Shown: positions 27,089 to 41,775 of the stretch, piece by piece
Layout of the letters: each line of letters starts with the position of its first letter
Numbering within the stretch: position 1 is the first letter of the stretch
Notes under the pieces: generated by a model
What the model was told of the DNA's origin: nothing
Database searches by the model: none
What the model saw: the letters and a program-made list of their open reading frames with translations, nothing else
Position numbers and translations under genes: made by a program
NCBI GenBank assembly: GCA_951406725.2
Contig: OX597832.1
Location: 46,252,001 to 46,316,000 of the forward strand
Direction: 5' to 3'
DNA length: 64,000 bases
Source: Octopus vulgaris
Taxonomy: Eukaryota

Positions 27089-27290
27089 TTTAATGGGTTC
27101 TAGCACGGGATGGGTTTAATGGGTTCTAGCACGGGATGGGTTTAATAGGTTCTAGCACGGGATAGGTTTAAAGAGTTCTAGCATGGGGTGTTTTTAATGG
27201 GTTCTAGCACGGGATGGGTTTAATGGGCTCTAGCACGAGATGGGCTTAATGGGTTCTAGTACGGGATGGGTTTAATGGGTTCTGGTACGA
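27089..27290. repeat. 26-bp minisatellite, ~7.7 copies
   Basis: Unit tttaatgggttctagcacgggatggg, contiguous with point variants. Confidence 0.95.
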
Positions 27291-28189
27291 CTGATAAACG
27301 AAAGTCGTTGAGAGGCCCGCATATACTAAAACTGGTCACATTTCTCTTTTCAAATACATTTCTCTCAGTACTGTACCGAAACCGTGGCGCTATCTTTATG
27401 TGAATTTAAACTTAGTAGAAGAAGGCAGAGCAGAGAAAAATGACATCGGAATAACAACAGAAATATATAAAAAAATAAAGTTGCATAAAAAAATATTTTA
27501 TTATGTTTCTTTAAAAACTAATACAATAGAATTATTTTGATATACAATACGGTCAATTCCCATGGGATTCATGTACAATAAATTTTAAATCAAGAACATT
27601 AGAAATGTTTTGATGTTATGTAAGACTAGCGACGTGATTTGAGTTAAGACATTATAGATGATATTAAAAACAACAGTAAACAACTTATTACACATGTGCA
27701 TACTTTATAGACTGTTTATTATGTTCTTATTGTTGACTCTGTCACTCATGTTTAAAAGTGTTCTCATTAAATATTTCAAGATATTCATTGTGTATTTGTG
27801 CGTGTATATTTGTATGTTGGTGAGTATATATTGTCGGTGTCTGCGATAATGCAGTCAATGAGAGGAAGATCGATACGTCTGGAGTTCTACATGCACACCC
27901 GAATAGGTAACACACGTAAACGAATAGAGAAGCATAACGCATAATTCTCTCACCTATACACGAACATATTGGTATTGTACATACATACACTCATACAAAC
28001 GCACTTTACGCATATGTATATGTATGGAAATATATAGTAGACGCACATAGATATATATACACATACACAAACACACACACATATATATATATACATATAT
28101 AAATGTATACATATATGTTTGTATATATATATGTATATATATGTATATATATATGTATATATACATATATATGTGTGTGTATATATGTG

Positions 28190-28228
<39 letters not shown>

Positions 28229-28309
28229 GTATATGGATGTATATTTGTATATACGTACGCGGTCATGTATGCATGCATATATGTATACACATAAGCATGT
28301 ATGTTTATG

Positions 28310-28442
<133 letters not shown>

Positions 28443-29538
28443 CGTCTTCCTGATTGCATACGCGTCTTGTTCACAAGAATATTTAACGAAGGAAATGTAA
28501 TATAAAACATTCAAAGAGGGCAACACTAAGAATACCCTAGCGCTACGGCTAAAAATATTTAAAATAATTGTTATTAATTTCATAATTATTAATGTAATTA
28601 TAATAATTATTATTACTATTATCATGAGTAAAAGTATAATAATAGAAATGAAGTACTATATAATAATAATGACCACAATGAAAATAAAAAAATAAAATTA
28701 AAATTAAAATTCTACTACTAATAATAATAATAGTAATAATAACAAAACGAACGTAAAGATTGGTAACACTAATAATAAGAATTATCAAAGAGTAATTTAA
28801 ATATATGAATTATTTATAATAATACTTAAAACGGCTATTGATTCATAGCTGAATCAGTAAACAATTATTTCGTTGCATAATTAATATGACCCACACATCA
28901 ATTTTCCCATGATCATTACTTAAACACCGAAGAAGTATTTCTTAAGTTGGAAGGGCGGTACGTGTTTTCTAATTCATCGGAAATAAATGTAAACATCGAC
29001 GCGAAACACAAACATACATGTATATACAAAAATATATACAAGGCAGTATAATTGCGTGGGCATATTTATGTATGCATGTATGTATATACATATGTGTTTG
29101 TACGTATGTATGCACTATGTATGCACCTATGCATATATATATATATGTATCTATTTATATATGTGTGTGTGAGTCTGTACGTATATATGCAGGTATGTAT
29201 GCAGTATGTATGTATTGAACTGTAAATTACCATAAGTTAAAACTTGGATATTTTTATATTTCTTTCTCAATGAATATTTTAAACTAATTTAAACTTTCGC
29301 GGTACTTTTGTGAAATCGACCGTGAAATCGCCTCGTATATCGGAATACAATGTTCTGCTTTATATATATATATTTTTTATAGATTTCATTATCTAACGGA
29401 ATGGCATTTTCTCTAACAATACGGCGCGATGAAAATGCTCTCCTTTAGTAAAATAGTTGATTGCGCTCCTTTTATGGTACTATTGTAAATCGTTTTTATC
29501 ATATTGTATTAGTTTATCCTAAATAATTTTTTTTACTA

Positions 29539-29838
29539 AGGGTAGGAGTGGCTGTGTGGTAAGTAGCTGGCTTACGAACCACATAGTTCTGTGTTCAGTC
29601 CCACTGTGTGGCACCTTGGCCAAGTGTCTTCTGCTATAACGTCGGCCGACTAAAGACTTGTGAGTGGATTTGGTAGACGAAAATTGAAAGAGGCCCGTCG
29701 TATATATGTGTGTATATATATATGCATGTATGTGTGTGTGTGTGTGGATATCTTTGTATGTCTGTGTTTGTCCCGCTAACATCGCTCCAGCATAGCCAAA
29801 GTCAAAATGACTGAAACATGTAAAAGAGTAAAAGAGTA
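29539..29838 (+). mobile_element. SINE family B with internal deletion
   Basis: Head and tail present; segment between catcgct and ccagcat missing. Confidence 0.85.
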
Positions 29839-29909
29839 AGAAGGGAGACGGATGTTCGAAACCAAGATGAAGTTCCAGCGAAGGAAGTATCTTGTGTTAC
29901 TATTGACGA

Positions 29910-30111
29910 AAATGATGACGATGATGATGATGATGATGATGAGGAGGAGGAGGAGGAGGATGACCACAACGATGACAGCGACGCCGGCAATAATAACACT
30001 AATAATAGCAACATCATCATCATAATCATCATCATCAACAACAACAGCAGCAACAGTATGTCCTTATCATCTCCATCTACTTCAGCAACAAACATCATCA
30101 TCATCATCATA

Positions 30112-30208
<97 letters not shown>

Positions 30209-30260
30209 CCATCATCACCATCATCATCATCACCATCATCATCATCACCATCATCATCAT
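29910..30260. repeat. (GAT)/(GAG)/(CAT)/(CGT) trinucleotide tracts
   Basis: Direct reading. Confidence 0.95.
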
Positions 30261-30921
30261 CTGCACCTTCTCAGAACTTGCTTTTCGTCTCGCTTTTGAT
30301 ATTCTACCGATACTCGAGTGCTAGTTCTAGGATGTGAAGCATTCTCTAACTGTTATTTTAGAAAACAATTTTTTCTGCTCCCCCAATATCTCGTTTTCCA
30401 TTGTGCAGAAATAGATTTCAAACAACACTTACTGACTGACAGAATAGAGACACTTTAAGCACATGCATTTAATACACAGCATTTAATAGACTGTATTTAA
30501 TACTAAATTCTACAGTTATAATCGGCAGAGTTATGAGGCTTTGTTAAGTGTTCTGTTCCAGCCCATCAAATATTGTCTCAAGAGAGAAAAGAGAGGAGAT
30601 TCTTTCGACATTAGCAAAGGCATACTGCAGCATATCAAATGGAGTCTCAAGACAAAAACCAGGTGACCCTTTCTCAAGCTCAGCAAAGGCATGTTACAGC
30701 ACTAAATTAATTTGAGCAACGTTTAGCACGCCACATTATACAGAGGTCCAATAGGATATCTCTCAGAAACAGACCACGTACAAAAACGCTCTTCACAAGT
30801 CCACCAGCGGCTTTCAGATATGATCCATCCTATTCTGATAAAAACGATAATACCGTCCAAGTTATTATTATTATTATTATTTACTCCACAAATTATTTAT
30901 TATTATTATTATACTACCTGT

Positions 30922-31108
30922 TTCTCGAGAAGTGCGTGGAACAGATAAAGGCTGCAATAAGGGTGGAGCACTTGTGGAAAACAGCACAGCTCGGAACCGC
31001 TCGAATACTCCAGAAGGTGCATGAAAAATAAGAGGTGTTACCTTAGATCACTGGTAGTCAACAACTGGTCCCGTAGTACATCTCCAGCATTCGAAGTTGT
31101 GCAAAGGC
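30922..31108 (+). mobile_element. 3' tip of a second R4/Dong-like family
   Basis: LEKCVEQIKAAIRVEHLWKTAQLGTARILQKVHEK* (stop 31031), homologous to GTAHILRKIL at ~21650; followed by (TAA)n. Confidence 0.75.
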
Positions 31109-31139
31109 AATAATATTAATAATAATAATAATAATAATG

Positions 31140-31199
<60 letters not shown>

Positions 31200-31222
31200 T
31201 AATAATAATAATAATAATAATA

Positions 31223-31266
<44 letters not shown>

Positions 31267-31440
31267 TATTACTATTACTAATGTTGTTGTTATTATTATT
31301 ATTACTACTGTTGTTATTATTATCATTATTATTATTATTGTTGTTATTATTATTACTAGCAATATGATATTATCCGTATTGCCTGGTACTGCATTATTAT
31401 TATTATTATTATTGTTATTGTTGTTGTTGTTGTTATTATT

Positions 31441-31473
<33 letters not shown>

Positions 31474-31540
31474 ATTATTATTATCATTAATATTAATATC
31501 ATTATCATTATCATTATTATCATCATCATCATTATTATTA

Positions 31541-31580
<40 letters not shown>

Positions 31581-31590
31581 CATTATTATT
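31109..31590. repeat. (AAT)n switching to (ATT)/(GTT)n
   Basis: Strand polarity flips at ~31222. Confidence 0.95.
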
Positions 31591-32155
31591 ATATATGTAT
31601 GTATTTTTGCACAAGTTGCGAGGGATAACAATGGTCATGGGGTGGATGTGTAGATTCGGCAAACAGTGATAGGATAAAAATCGATGGCAATTTCATAGTT
31701 AATTTCTCGGCTTAAGAGGGATTTCATTAGCGTGTACTGAGCGTATTGTTTCTGCATTGCCTCCGTCACAAATTGATAATTCCCGCAAACATGTGAATGG
31801 CGGCAATACGATATTAGCGTCGTAATCTCGCTCGAAATACACGTTCTCTAAACATAATCCTAGATGGTAGATTTACATGCTAATCAATATTTTAATTTGA
31901 ATGGGAGCCCAGTGTTCGTTTAAGTCACGAAAGCTCTAATTTCGTTCAAGATGGTTTTGTTTACTAGTTGTATTATATCTAGCAGATGAGACAGAGTTTT
32001 ATGAAATCGGTACGTTTTAAACAGAATATGGCAGGGTGTAGAGTATTCAGTGATTGTGTTTGTGTCTATGTGTTTGTCGTTTCGTATGTGTTTGCGTGTG
32101 TGTGCGCACGTTTGTGAATGCGGGTATGTCTCTGTATCTGATGGATAGGCAGATA

Positions 32156-32274
<119 letters not shown>

Positions 32275-32847
32275 GGGAAGAAACACAGCTCAATTACGAT
32301 GGATATGAACAGATAAATAGTTTCTAATAAAAATGTACACACACTAACGTGTTCACACTCTCTTTCACACTCGTGCCCACGTTATTGCACGTATACATAC
32401 AAACATACCTGTTGCGTTCTGAGTTCAACTTCTGCCGAGGTCGACTATGCCTTTCATACTTTCGGGGTCGATAAATTGGGTACTAGTTTCGCACTAGGGT
32501 CGATGTAATCGACTTATATACAGACTATATACGCACATGCATAATTACATATATTTAACCATAAATACATACATACAAACATACATACATACATACATAC
32601 ATACATACATACATACATACATACATACGTACATACATACATACATACATACATACGTACATACATATATACATACATACACACATGTATATATGCATCT
32701 ATTCTTTTATGCATGCACAGGCGCTTGACTTCACCCTTGCTTTCACACGCGACTTCCATTCTTGTTGCGGTGTGTCCCGACTCGCCATTCGTTGCGCAAC
32801 ATAAAATTTTACGTCTTAATTAGTCTTGAACAACACATCACATATGT

Positions 32848-32923
<76 letters not shown>

Positions 32924-32959
32924 GTGCATATATATATAGTTGGAATTTACAAAAAACAA

Positions 32960-33045
<86 letters not shown>

Positions 33046-33049
<4 letters not shown>

Positions 33050-33221
33050 GGTAAGATAACAAAAGAAAGAAAATAAGAAGACCTCAATATTATGTAAATA
33101 GAGGAAATTTATCTATACAATATGTTACATTACTCGGTAGTCAAGATAAAACTCTGAGTTTCAGATGCCGAAGTGGAAATCCACAACACCATCTAGAGAT
33201 GGTGTTGTGGATTTCCACTTC
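33046..33221 (-). mobile_element. Penelope-like end with perfect 25-bp fold-back palindrome
   Basis: Arms 33170-33194 and 33197-33221; minus strand shows stem II, GAAA and stem III actc-a-gagt of a hammerhead whose core is cut at the fold; abuts (TA)n. Confidence 0.65.
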
Positions 33222-33282
33222 CTTACTTAAATTATTTTGACAGCTTTTCTTCATTTCTTTTCTTATATATAACATATTGTAT

Positions 33283-33322
<40 letters not shown>

Positions 33323-35254
33323 GTACATGCATACACACATACATGTACAAAAAGCACTGAAAATGAACCATTTCAAGGCATTATTCCGAGTTTCAGATTA
33401 TCAGTTCAGATTACCAATTCACTTTGTATATAACACTGGACACACAAGGAATTCCAGTTCCTATCGAATCAAACTCGTTTGGCGATTGTCCCAATTAATA
33501 ATGGGACAATCGCCGTGTGGTCTCATAATCTACTAATCCAATCGTCGCGATAAATCTCCAGTATGAAGATTCATCGCTTCATGCAATATACTTAATTGCA
33601 TTTATGGTCCACTAGGGATAACTGTAAGCATATATTTTTTTTTGTATTAACGAAGTCCAACAACGGTAGAAGGATGGGAGAAAGGGAAATCCATTAGATA
33701 TTAGATATCTTGTTCCGAAACAACAGCAATATTGCAATTGTCAGCATTCGACAAATTGTGAACCTGATATATATAGATTTAGTTTTCATTTCAAAGTAAT
33801 TCAAATTGAGTAAAGTACCTGTTGTGCGATAGCGGAAAAAAGAATTTTGTGAAAGTCCGACGGTAATATATTCAAAGTAAATACTTCTGGTGACAATCGC
33901 TGTCCGTTAGAATCCCTCCAAACAAAATACAATTAGAATGATCGCAATTCATCTGATCAGTATGTATTTGGACATGAATTCGAGAAAATTTAACCAGATA
34001 CCCTAACAATTCCAAAATTCTGCATAGTGCATGTTTCTCCGTTTCAAAAGCTTCTAATAGGTCTGCAAGAAATTGGTAGAGTGAAATCCGAGGTCGACTT
34101 TGTCTTTCAACATTTCGGGTTTGGTAAAATAAACATCAGTGAAGTAAAGGGGGTCTATGGAATCAACAGATCCCTTCCCTCTGAAAGCGCCGGCCCTTTT
34201 CAAAAAATTTGGAACCATTGTGCGTAATTCATAGTTCCAGAAGAACTTGCTAACGATAACAGTCAACAATGCGCCGTTTCTTGCAGTTTAACCTTTTTCT
34301 GAAAATATATACGTAATCACGAGTCGATGGTGGTCTTAGCGAATAAGCATTTCGTCCTCGTTTCTATGTTCTCTCTGGAGGTAAGTTCTTGTCCAAGACA
34401 GTCGATTCTGTTAAAGCCATCTAAATAACCCTGAATCAAATGGAATTTCAGACACTGCAATGTAAAGTATGGAATTTGTCACAGGCAAAACGCCAAAAAG
34501 CAAAAACGGAGAAGTTCTCCGCAGATGCGGAACACACAGTACTTTTACTCTACGTTGAATAAGTGTGTGCTAATATATAAGATAATGTGTCTAATCGATA
34601 TTACGTGCTTTCTGTTCGGTTTTATTTCACCGGCAGATGAAAACAAGCTAAAAGATCAACAAATTTAAAAGCAGGAGTGCTTCTAAGAATGTAAATCAAC
34701 GTTGGTATTAATACAAGATTTTTTTTTTAATCATCGGGTTGCCGCGTAACATCTATACGACCTTAGTCGGCTGAATATTCAATTATGATTTAAAACGGGA
34801 ATTACTGCTTGTATTTAATTTATTTTCTCTCTGTTGTAATGAACGTTATTAGGCTAATATAAATAAAAATAGGTGTTTGTGATTTTATGTAATTATGTTT
34901 GTGTATCATCAAAACAAGACCAAACGTTCGATTTTTTTTCTTTATTATTAGTTAATTGTCGGATCTTTTTGTTTATGCACAAGACTTATTTTTGCTAGGG
35001 TTGAATAAATTCACTCGTCTCGCCAGACAACGCTAATGAGATTATAAGTAAACACAGAACAAATTTGTATTATTAACAGATGGTATTGTTTAGTTGTTCT
35101 CATTGTTCTTTAGTCTAAAGTCAGCCCTAACTGGGTAAATATATTATCGAAAGTTTCGTAGCTGTGTTCATCATGTCCTGAATATCGAAATATTATAGTT
35201 TTCAAATTCAAATATCGTTATTTATGAAAACATAATGTGATTATTAAATCGGAT

Positions 35255-35880
35255 AGTCGGTGAGTTGGCGAAAACGTTAGTGCACCGGGCGAAATGCATA
35301 ACGCTATTTCGTTTACCGTTACGTTCTGAGTTCAAATTCCGCCGAGGTCGACTTTGCCTTTCATCCTTGCGGGATCGATAAATTAAGTACCAGTTACACA
35401 CTGTTTTTGTCTACCATACCGTTTCTGTCTACTGGTACAGAAAGGGATTAAGAGGTAATCGAATTAATCCCTTTTGTCTGTCATTGTTTGTCACCCCTAG
35501 TTTTGCCCCTTGTGGGCAATGAATAAATAAGAAATAAAATATTAATATTAAAATAGATTTTGTTGAGTAGCGAATTAACGAAGGAAAATTTGGTCGAAAT
35601 AAATCTTGCATATTAATCATGTTTGCTTTGCACAGCAACAGGGGTAGATAAATTAAGCATCAGTTACGCACTGGGGTCGATGTAATCGACTTAATCTGTT
35701 TGTCTGTCATTGTTTGTCTTCTCTGTGTTTAGCCCCTTGTGGGTAGTAAAGAAATAGGTATTTCGTCTGCCGCTACGTTCTGAGTTCAAATTCCGCCGAG
35801 GTCGACTTTGCCTTTCATCTTTTCGGGGTCGATCATATAAGTACCAGTTACGCACTGGGGTCGATATGATCGACTTAATC
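35255..35880 (+). mobile_element. SINE family A cluster (one rearranged copy plus a partial dimer)
   Basis: Family match at 35255-35535 and 35640-35880; junction gaaataggtatttcg at 35751. Confidence 0.85.
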
Positions 35881-35881
35881 A

Positions 35882-36482
35882 GTTTCTTTACTACCCACAA
35901 GGGGATACACGCAAGGAGGACAAACAAGGACAGAAAAACGGATTAAGTCGATTATATCGACTCCAGTCCGTAAGTGGTACTTACTTAATCGACCCCGAAA
36001 GGATGAAAGGCAAAGTCGGCCTCGGCAGAATTTGAACTGAAAACGTAGCGGCAAACGAAAAACCTATTTCTTTACTAGCCACAAGGGGCTAAACACAGAG
36101 AGGGCAAACAAGGACAGACAAACTTATTAAGTCGATTAAATCGACTCCATTCCGTAACTGGTACTTACTTAATCGACCCCGAAAGGATGAAAGGCAGAGT
36201 CGACCTCGGCGGTATTTGACCTCAGAACGTACCGGCAGACGAAAAACCTATTTCTTTGCTACCCACAAGGGGCTAAATACAGAGAGGACAAACAAGGACA
36301 GACAAACGGATTAAGTCGATTACATCGACCCCATTGCGTAAAATGGTACTTATTTAATCGAGCCCGAAAGGATGAAAGGCAAAGTCGACCTCGGCGCAAT
36401 TTGAACTCAGGACGTAGCGGCTGACCAAATACCGCTAAGCATCTCGTCCGGCGTGCTAACGTTACTGCCATCTCTCCGCCTT
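35882..36482 (-). mobile_element. SINE family A trimer, inverted relative to its neighbours
   Basis: Three units; junctions at 36056-36070 and 36240-36254. Confidence 0.9.
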
Positions 36483-37025
36483 GTCTAATTCACTATTCTA
36501 TTAACACGTGCCTTTTGGTGATAGTATATCCTGTGTCATTCCTCTTTAAATGTGATGGGGTTTGATGTGATATCAGTTAGACTGTTATTCCTAACAATCT
36601 GTGAAACCACACCGAATTGCTTTCAATAGCCCAAATTATGCATCATGAGTTTCGGAAAGTTTTTTTTTATTTTTCTCAACATGTAACCATGTTTTTATTT
36701 TTTTTTTTTCAAATTAATTCATTAGATGTTTTCATTAATGATTTTCTATAGAAGTCTTTCAACAGATTGGATAGGAGTTCATTTATATGTATTTCGTAAC
36801 ATATACCCCACCCTCCACTTCTCCTTTATCAAATGACGTATATTATATGAGAGCATAATGTATTCTTAATTTTAATTTTTTTTTTTCTATTGATTTCATA
36901 GATTTTATTTTTGATGAACTGTCTCTTAGCGTCGAAATCTTAATTAACGTTTCTTTATTGTGGTAACATTATAAATATTTGGAGAGAATCGAGTTCACCG
37001 ACTTCAATAATAAGTTTATAGTAGG

Positions 37026-37168
<143 letters not shown>

Positions 37169-37861
37169 ATGTATATATATATTTTTTTTCTTTGTATGTG
37201 CTTTTGATTTGTATTCACGCATGTTACGTATCTGGCATTATATGCAACAACTACGGTGTTCTCTACATGCCAATTAGTTTGTATTCTCTATCTATCAGAT
37301 GCGTTGAAATATATAAATAGCACAATTTAAATTTTAACATGTACTACATTCGGTTCCTGATTTATTATGGCTTTCATACAATTCACAGACGTTCGGGTGA
37401 AACTATATTATTCTAGATTCAATTTGTCTTCTTTTAGCTGCGTAATGAATATAGACTGTAACTCATTCCTAATATTGCTGACTGCTGTAATGGCTTCAAA
37501 CAGGAAGAAACCAATCCGCGACTCCATCGCTCCGGGAGATTACAAGCACTCCAGTTAAGTAGTGTTTGCTAATTTTATATGTCAGGTTTTATTAATTGAT
37601 TTCAAGTTCATACTTAACTAATTCTCTTAATATAGTTTATGAACAGGCAGGTATAGAAAGTATACTCGTAGCTAATGCGAAAATTTATTCCCTGCATATT
37701 GTATTGCTAGATTACGTTCAGATATTACGACGATAAAAACACAGAAGTATTAAATGCGTATAAGTTGTAAAACTATATTATCTTACTGTGAAATGAATCG
37801 CGTATTTTGAGTACCAGTTTTAGTATCGTTCCTCGCCATTATAATGTAATAGACTCTCACA

Positions 37862-38576
37862 GTGGAGGCGCAATAGCCCAGTGGTAAGGCCAGCGGTCTC
37901 GCGGTCCTAGGATCGCAGTTTCGATTCCCAGACCGTGTATTATGAGTATTTATTGAGCGGATCTTTTCGGTTTGAACGGCAGTTTTTTTCTAGCGGTGTC
38001 ATATGAAATTGTCACCCATAATTATGACCCTAGTATCGATCTATTGCATTTCAATCTGGTTTAGGGTTAGTTAGGCTTAGGGTTAGGGTGGGGGGAAGGT
38101 AATATTTTTTTCTTCACAAATGTAAATAAACCCAATCTGTTTCTTAAACGAGGGACATATTCATACGGCACATAATGTTTTTTAACTTAATGGACGTCAT
38201 TGATTGGTTGAAATTGTAGAAATTGAAGAAAAAAAACAGCAAATATCTTACAAACTATAGAATTTTCTCTATAAAGCCAAGAGAAAAAGATGTTTTATAA
38301 ACATATTCTATCAGTATAAGAAGTTTAAAATTTCTTAGTTTTCTAGAAATTATGTTAAAAACTGCCGTTCAAACCGAAAAGATCCATTGAGCAAAAACAT
38401 CTAAAGCTCCACGAAGCTCCAGCAGAGGGTGATAGTGAACTCTTTCACCACAACTTTCTCTCACTCTTTCTTCCTGTTTCTCTTGTACCTCTATCTCAAA
38501 GGGCCAGCCTTGTCACGCTGAATTTCCCCGTTAAGGGTACACGTATCTGTGAAACACTCGGCCACTTGCACGTTAA
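37862..38576 (+). mobile_element. SINE family C interrupted by TIR element
   Basis: Head gtggaggcgcaatagcccagtggtaagg...gtttcgattccc; body resumes at 38386; a fragment also at ~23422-23505. Confidence 0.88.
37959..38385. mobile_element. TIR element with TTAGGG-like repeats, copy 2
   Basis: Perfect 28-29-bp TIRs; 7-bp TSD attgagc duplicated from the host SINE. Confidence 0.92.
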
Positions 38577-38689
38577 TAAATGAGCTGCGACGTCACTAGT
38601 GCCAAGCTGTTTCGGCCTTTGCCTTCCCACTTGGATAACATCGGTGACGTGGAGAGTGGAGACTAGTATGCATGGGCGACTGCTGTTCT

Positions 38690-38930
38690 ATAAAAATCGC
38701 CTTTGGCTTTGACCACGGCCTCCAGACTACTTCGGAATCTCCTGCAGCTCTTCTGAATAGGACCACTGAATAGGGCATCACTTTGCGGCACGTTCAATCC
38801 CCAGTTAAAGTCTGTATTAATGATCTGCTTCTGAAAATTGGGCAATTTAAAATCCACCATATTTCTCACTGTTCTGTCCAGGAACTCAACATACATCGTT
38901 GCAATTGTGAGACCAATACACTAATGACAA
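38690..38930 (-). pseudogene. Deleted Tc1/mariner-superfamily (maT/DD37D-like) remnant
   Basis: IQKSCRRFRSSLEAVVKAKGDF, typical transposase C-terminus; upstream limit uncertain. Confidence 0.6.
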
Positions 38931-39087
38931 ATACACGTCACTTCACACTCGCCTTTTACGCTCTCTTGCTCCAGATTTATTCACAATCTCTCTTGCACGC
39001 GCGCATACACACACACCTACACCCCCACATTCACACACAGAACCATATACACTCACTCCCTTACATATATGTGTATGCATAAATATA

Positions 39088-39118
<31 letters not shown>

Positions 39119-39205
39119 CACACACACACACACATATATATATATATCCTCTATACGTACATATACACAAACATATGCATGTACACATATATCCCATAAT
39201 TCAAT

Positions 39206-39249
<44 letters not shown>

Positions 39250-39355
39250 CCTCTATACGTACATACACACAAACATACACGTATACATACATCCCATACA
39301 TTCAATACATACACACGTACATACATACTTACATATAGGTGTGTGCTTGTGTGTA

Positions 39356-39386
<31 letters not shown>

Positions 39387-39890
39387 ATGTGCGTATGCCT
39401 GTCTGGCTATGCGTAGGCACATTGCATGCCTGTTCGGTGGAGAGACTAGAATACATAAAAAAAAAACTGATACACGCATGCTATGCAGTCACATACAAAC
39501 ACACAAAATCACATACAAGAACAATACTTCCATACAAATACGATATACCTTGTATATATAGACATCAGTATATACTTGTATATCTATTATTCACAAAAAT
39601 CTATAAGAGTTTTATCAGTTGCTTATAAGGCGATATTGTCGTGATAGAGACAGGAGATTAAAATGAACGATTACTGTCTAAGATAAGAGAGCAGAAAATG
39701 TGGCATGAGGCCAAGCTTCAACCGTGTCTTCATTTATAAATATAAAATCTCGCAAACAGAGGAAATAGATGAGATGGAGTCAGGGATTTCGATTGTGATA
39801 AGTTTTAAGTCTACGCATTGATTCCTTCAGCTATATTCATATACTCTTTTGCCGACAATTTTTTCAATCTTCTGTCTGTCTGTCTGTCGG

Positions 39891-39998
<108 letters not shown>

Positions 39999-40114
39999 GT
40001 AGTCTGTCTGTCTACATATATGTGAATATATATGTGTATATATATATGAATACGCATTTATTTGTAGCTGTGTATATATGTAAATAAATGCGTGCATATG
40101 TATGAATATATGAG

Positions 40115-40146
<32 letters not shown>

Positions 40147-40699
40147 TATACATAATGTGCTTGAAAAGTAACTCCCTATACTGAAATAGTTATAAATTAT
40201 TTATCAATTGTACTTTTTTTCTGAAAAGGTCTTGTTTGTTTTATGAAGTATAAATAGAAGCTTTCCTCTGATATGCATATTTTGTTAAAATTACAATTAA
40301 TAAATAATTTATAAGTATTTTAATATAGGGAGTTCATTTTAAATAGGGAAATTATTTTCTTATATATCGTGTATATAACACGATAATGATTAAGAGTGGC
40401 ACCGCTTCCCTAAGACCGCATTTGCTTGATAGATATGCTTTTTATTTATCGGTGAACAATGATATCTTAGTTTTCAGGCGGAAAAATATTCCTGATTTTC
40501 AAACGCCCCATTTAAATTCATCTTGATGTTTCACGGAAATGGAGACGGATTAATAACGTATTTAAGTGGAAGGGTTGAAAATTACGAATTTTGCCTCATG
40601 AAAGAAATGGGTAGTACCGTTAGTCCATAAGCAAGTATGTTCATGTTAAGTACAAGTTTGTATGTATGCTATTATACTCATCAAAACATAAAGACAGAA

Positions 40700-40810
40700 A
40701 ATAGTGGTTACTGTGTTACACTCACGATCGCCAGATTGCGGGTTCGAGTCCCAGATAGGGCGGCGTGTTGTGTTCTTGAGCAAAACATTTCCTTTCTCGT
40801 TGCTCTAGTG
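40700..40810 (+). mobile_element. SINE family D head (degraded)
   Basis: tagtggtta...gggttcgagtccc...gtgttcttgagcaaaac. Confidence 0.7.
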
Positions 40811-41449
40811 CTGGGTGGGGACCGGCATGTCAAACAATACATTCTCTGGGTATCGTAAAAAGCGACTAAGAGAGGTTTAATTAGGGTTACTGTCAGACCT
40901 CGTAAAGGCCGCACCAGTAAAGACTGATCAAAACAGATCCCTGGGCTGGATACATGTCCCCTGCATGGAGCAAAGGCGTTATCCGTCAGGTGTAGAAGGG
41001 AAACATCAAGAACTGAAGCGACGCACTATTACAATGCATGCCCCCGTAGTCCTCTCCGTCGCCATCTCCTCTCCCATGGATTGAGAGTTTAGATCCTAAA
41101 TTCTAAATATTGAATCCTCAATATAATAAAAAGAACCCTAACGTTAAATCCGCATCATGTATTGTATCAAAATATTGATTTGCGCTATAAATAAGCCAAT
41201 TGGTACATATTCTTACCCTTTCTTACTCATTCTATTCCAGTGGAAAACTAGAAAAATGAAGAAAATTCCCTGAACAGAGATGTTACCACATGCATAGTAA
41301 ATAATGTCTTATCTCAGGAAAAACAGAATCCCTAACCAAGAAAATTTTGACAAGATTTTTAAAGCTAAAAGTTCACTGAATCACTAGCTATTCTTGAGGA
41401 ACAAGGATCTCGCAGATACTGCTCATCAGTGGGAGTATCTATCTGTCTA

Positions 41450-41775
<326 letters not shown>

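Noticed and set aside
27089-27290. CRISPR array
   Set aside because: Contiguous units without unique spacers.
40833-40875. tcgtaaaaagcgactaa hairpin as a possible retroelement 5'UTR RNA motif
   Set aside because: Too degenerate and single copy; cannot assign a structure or family.
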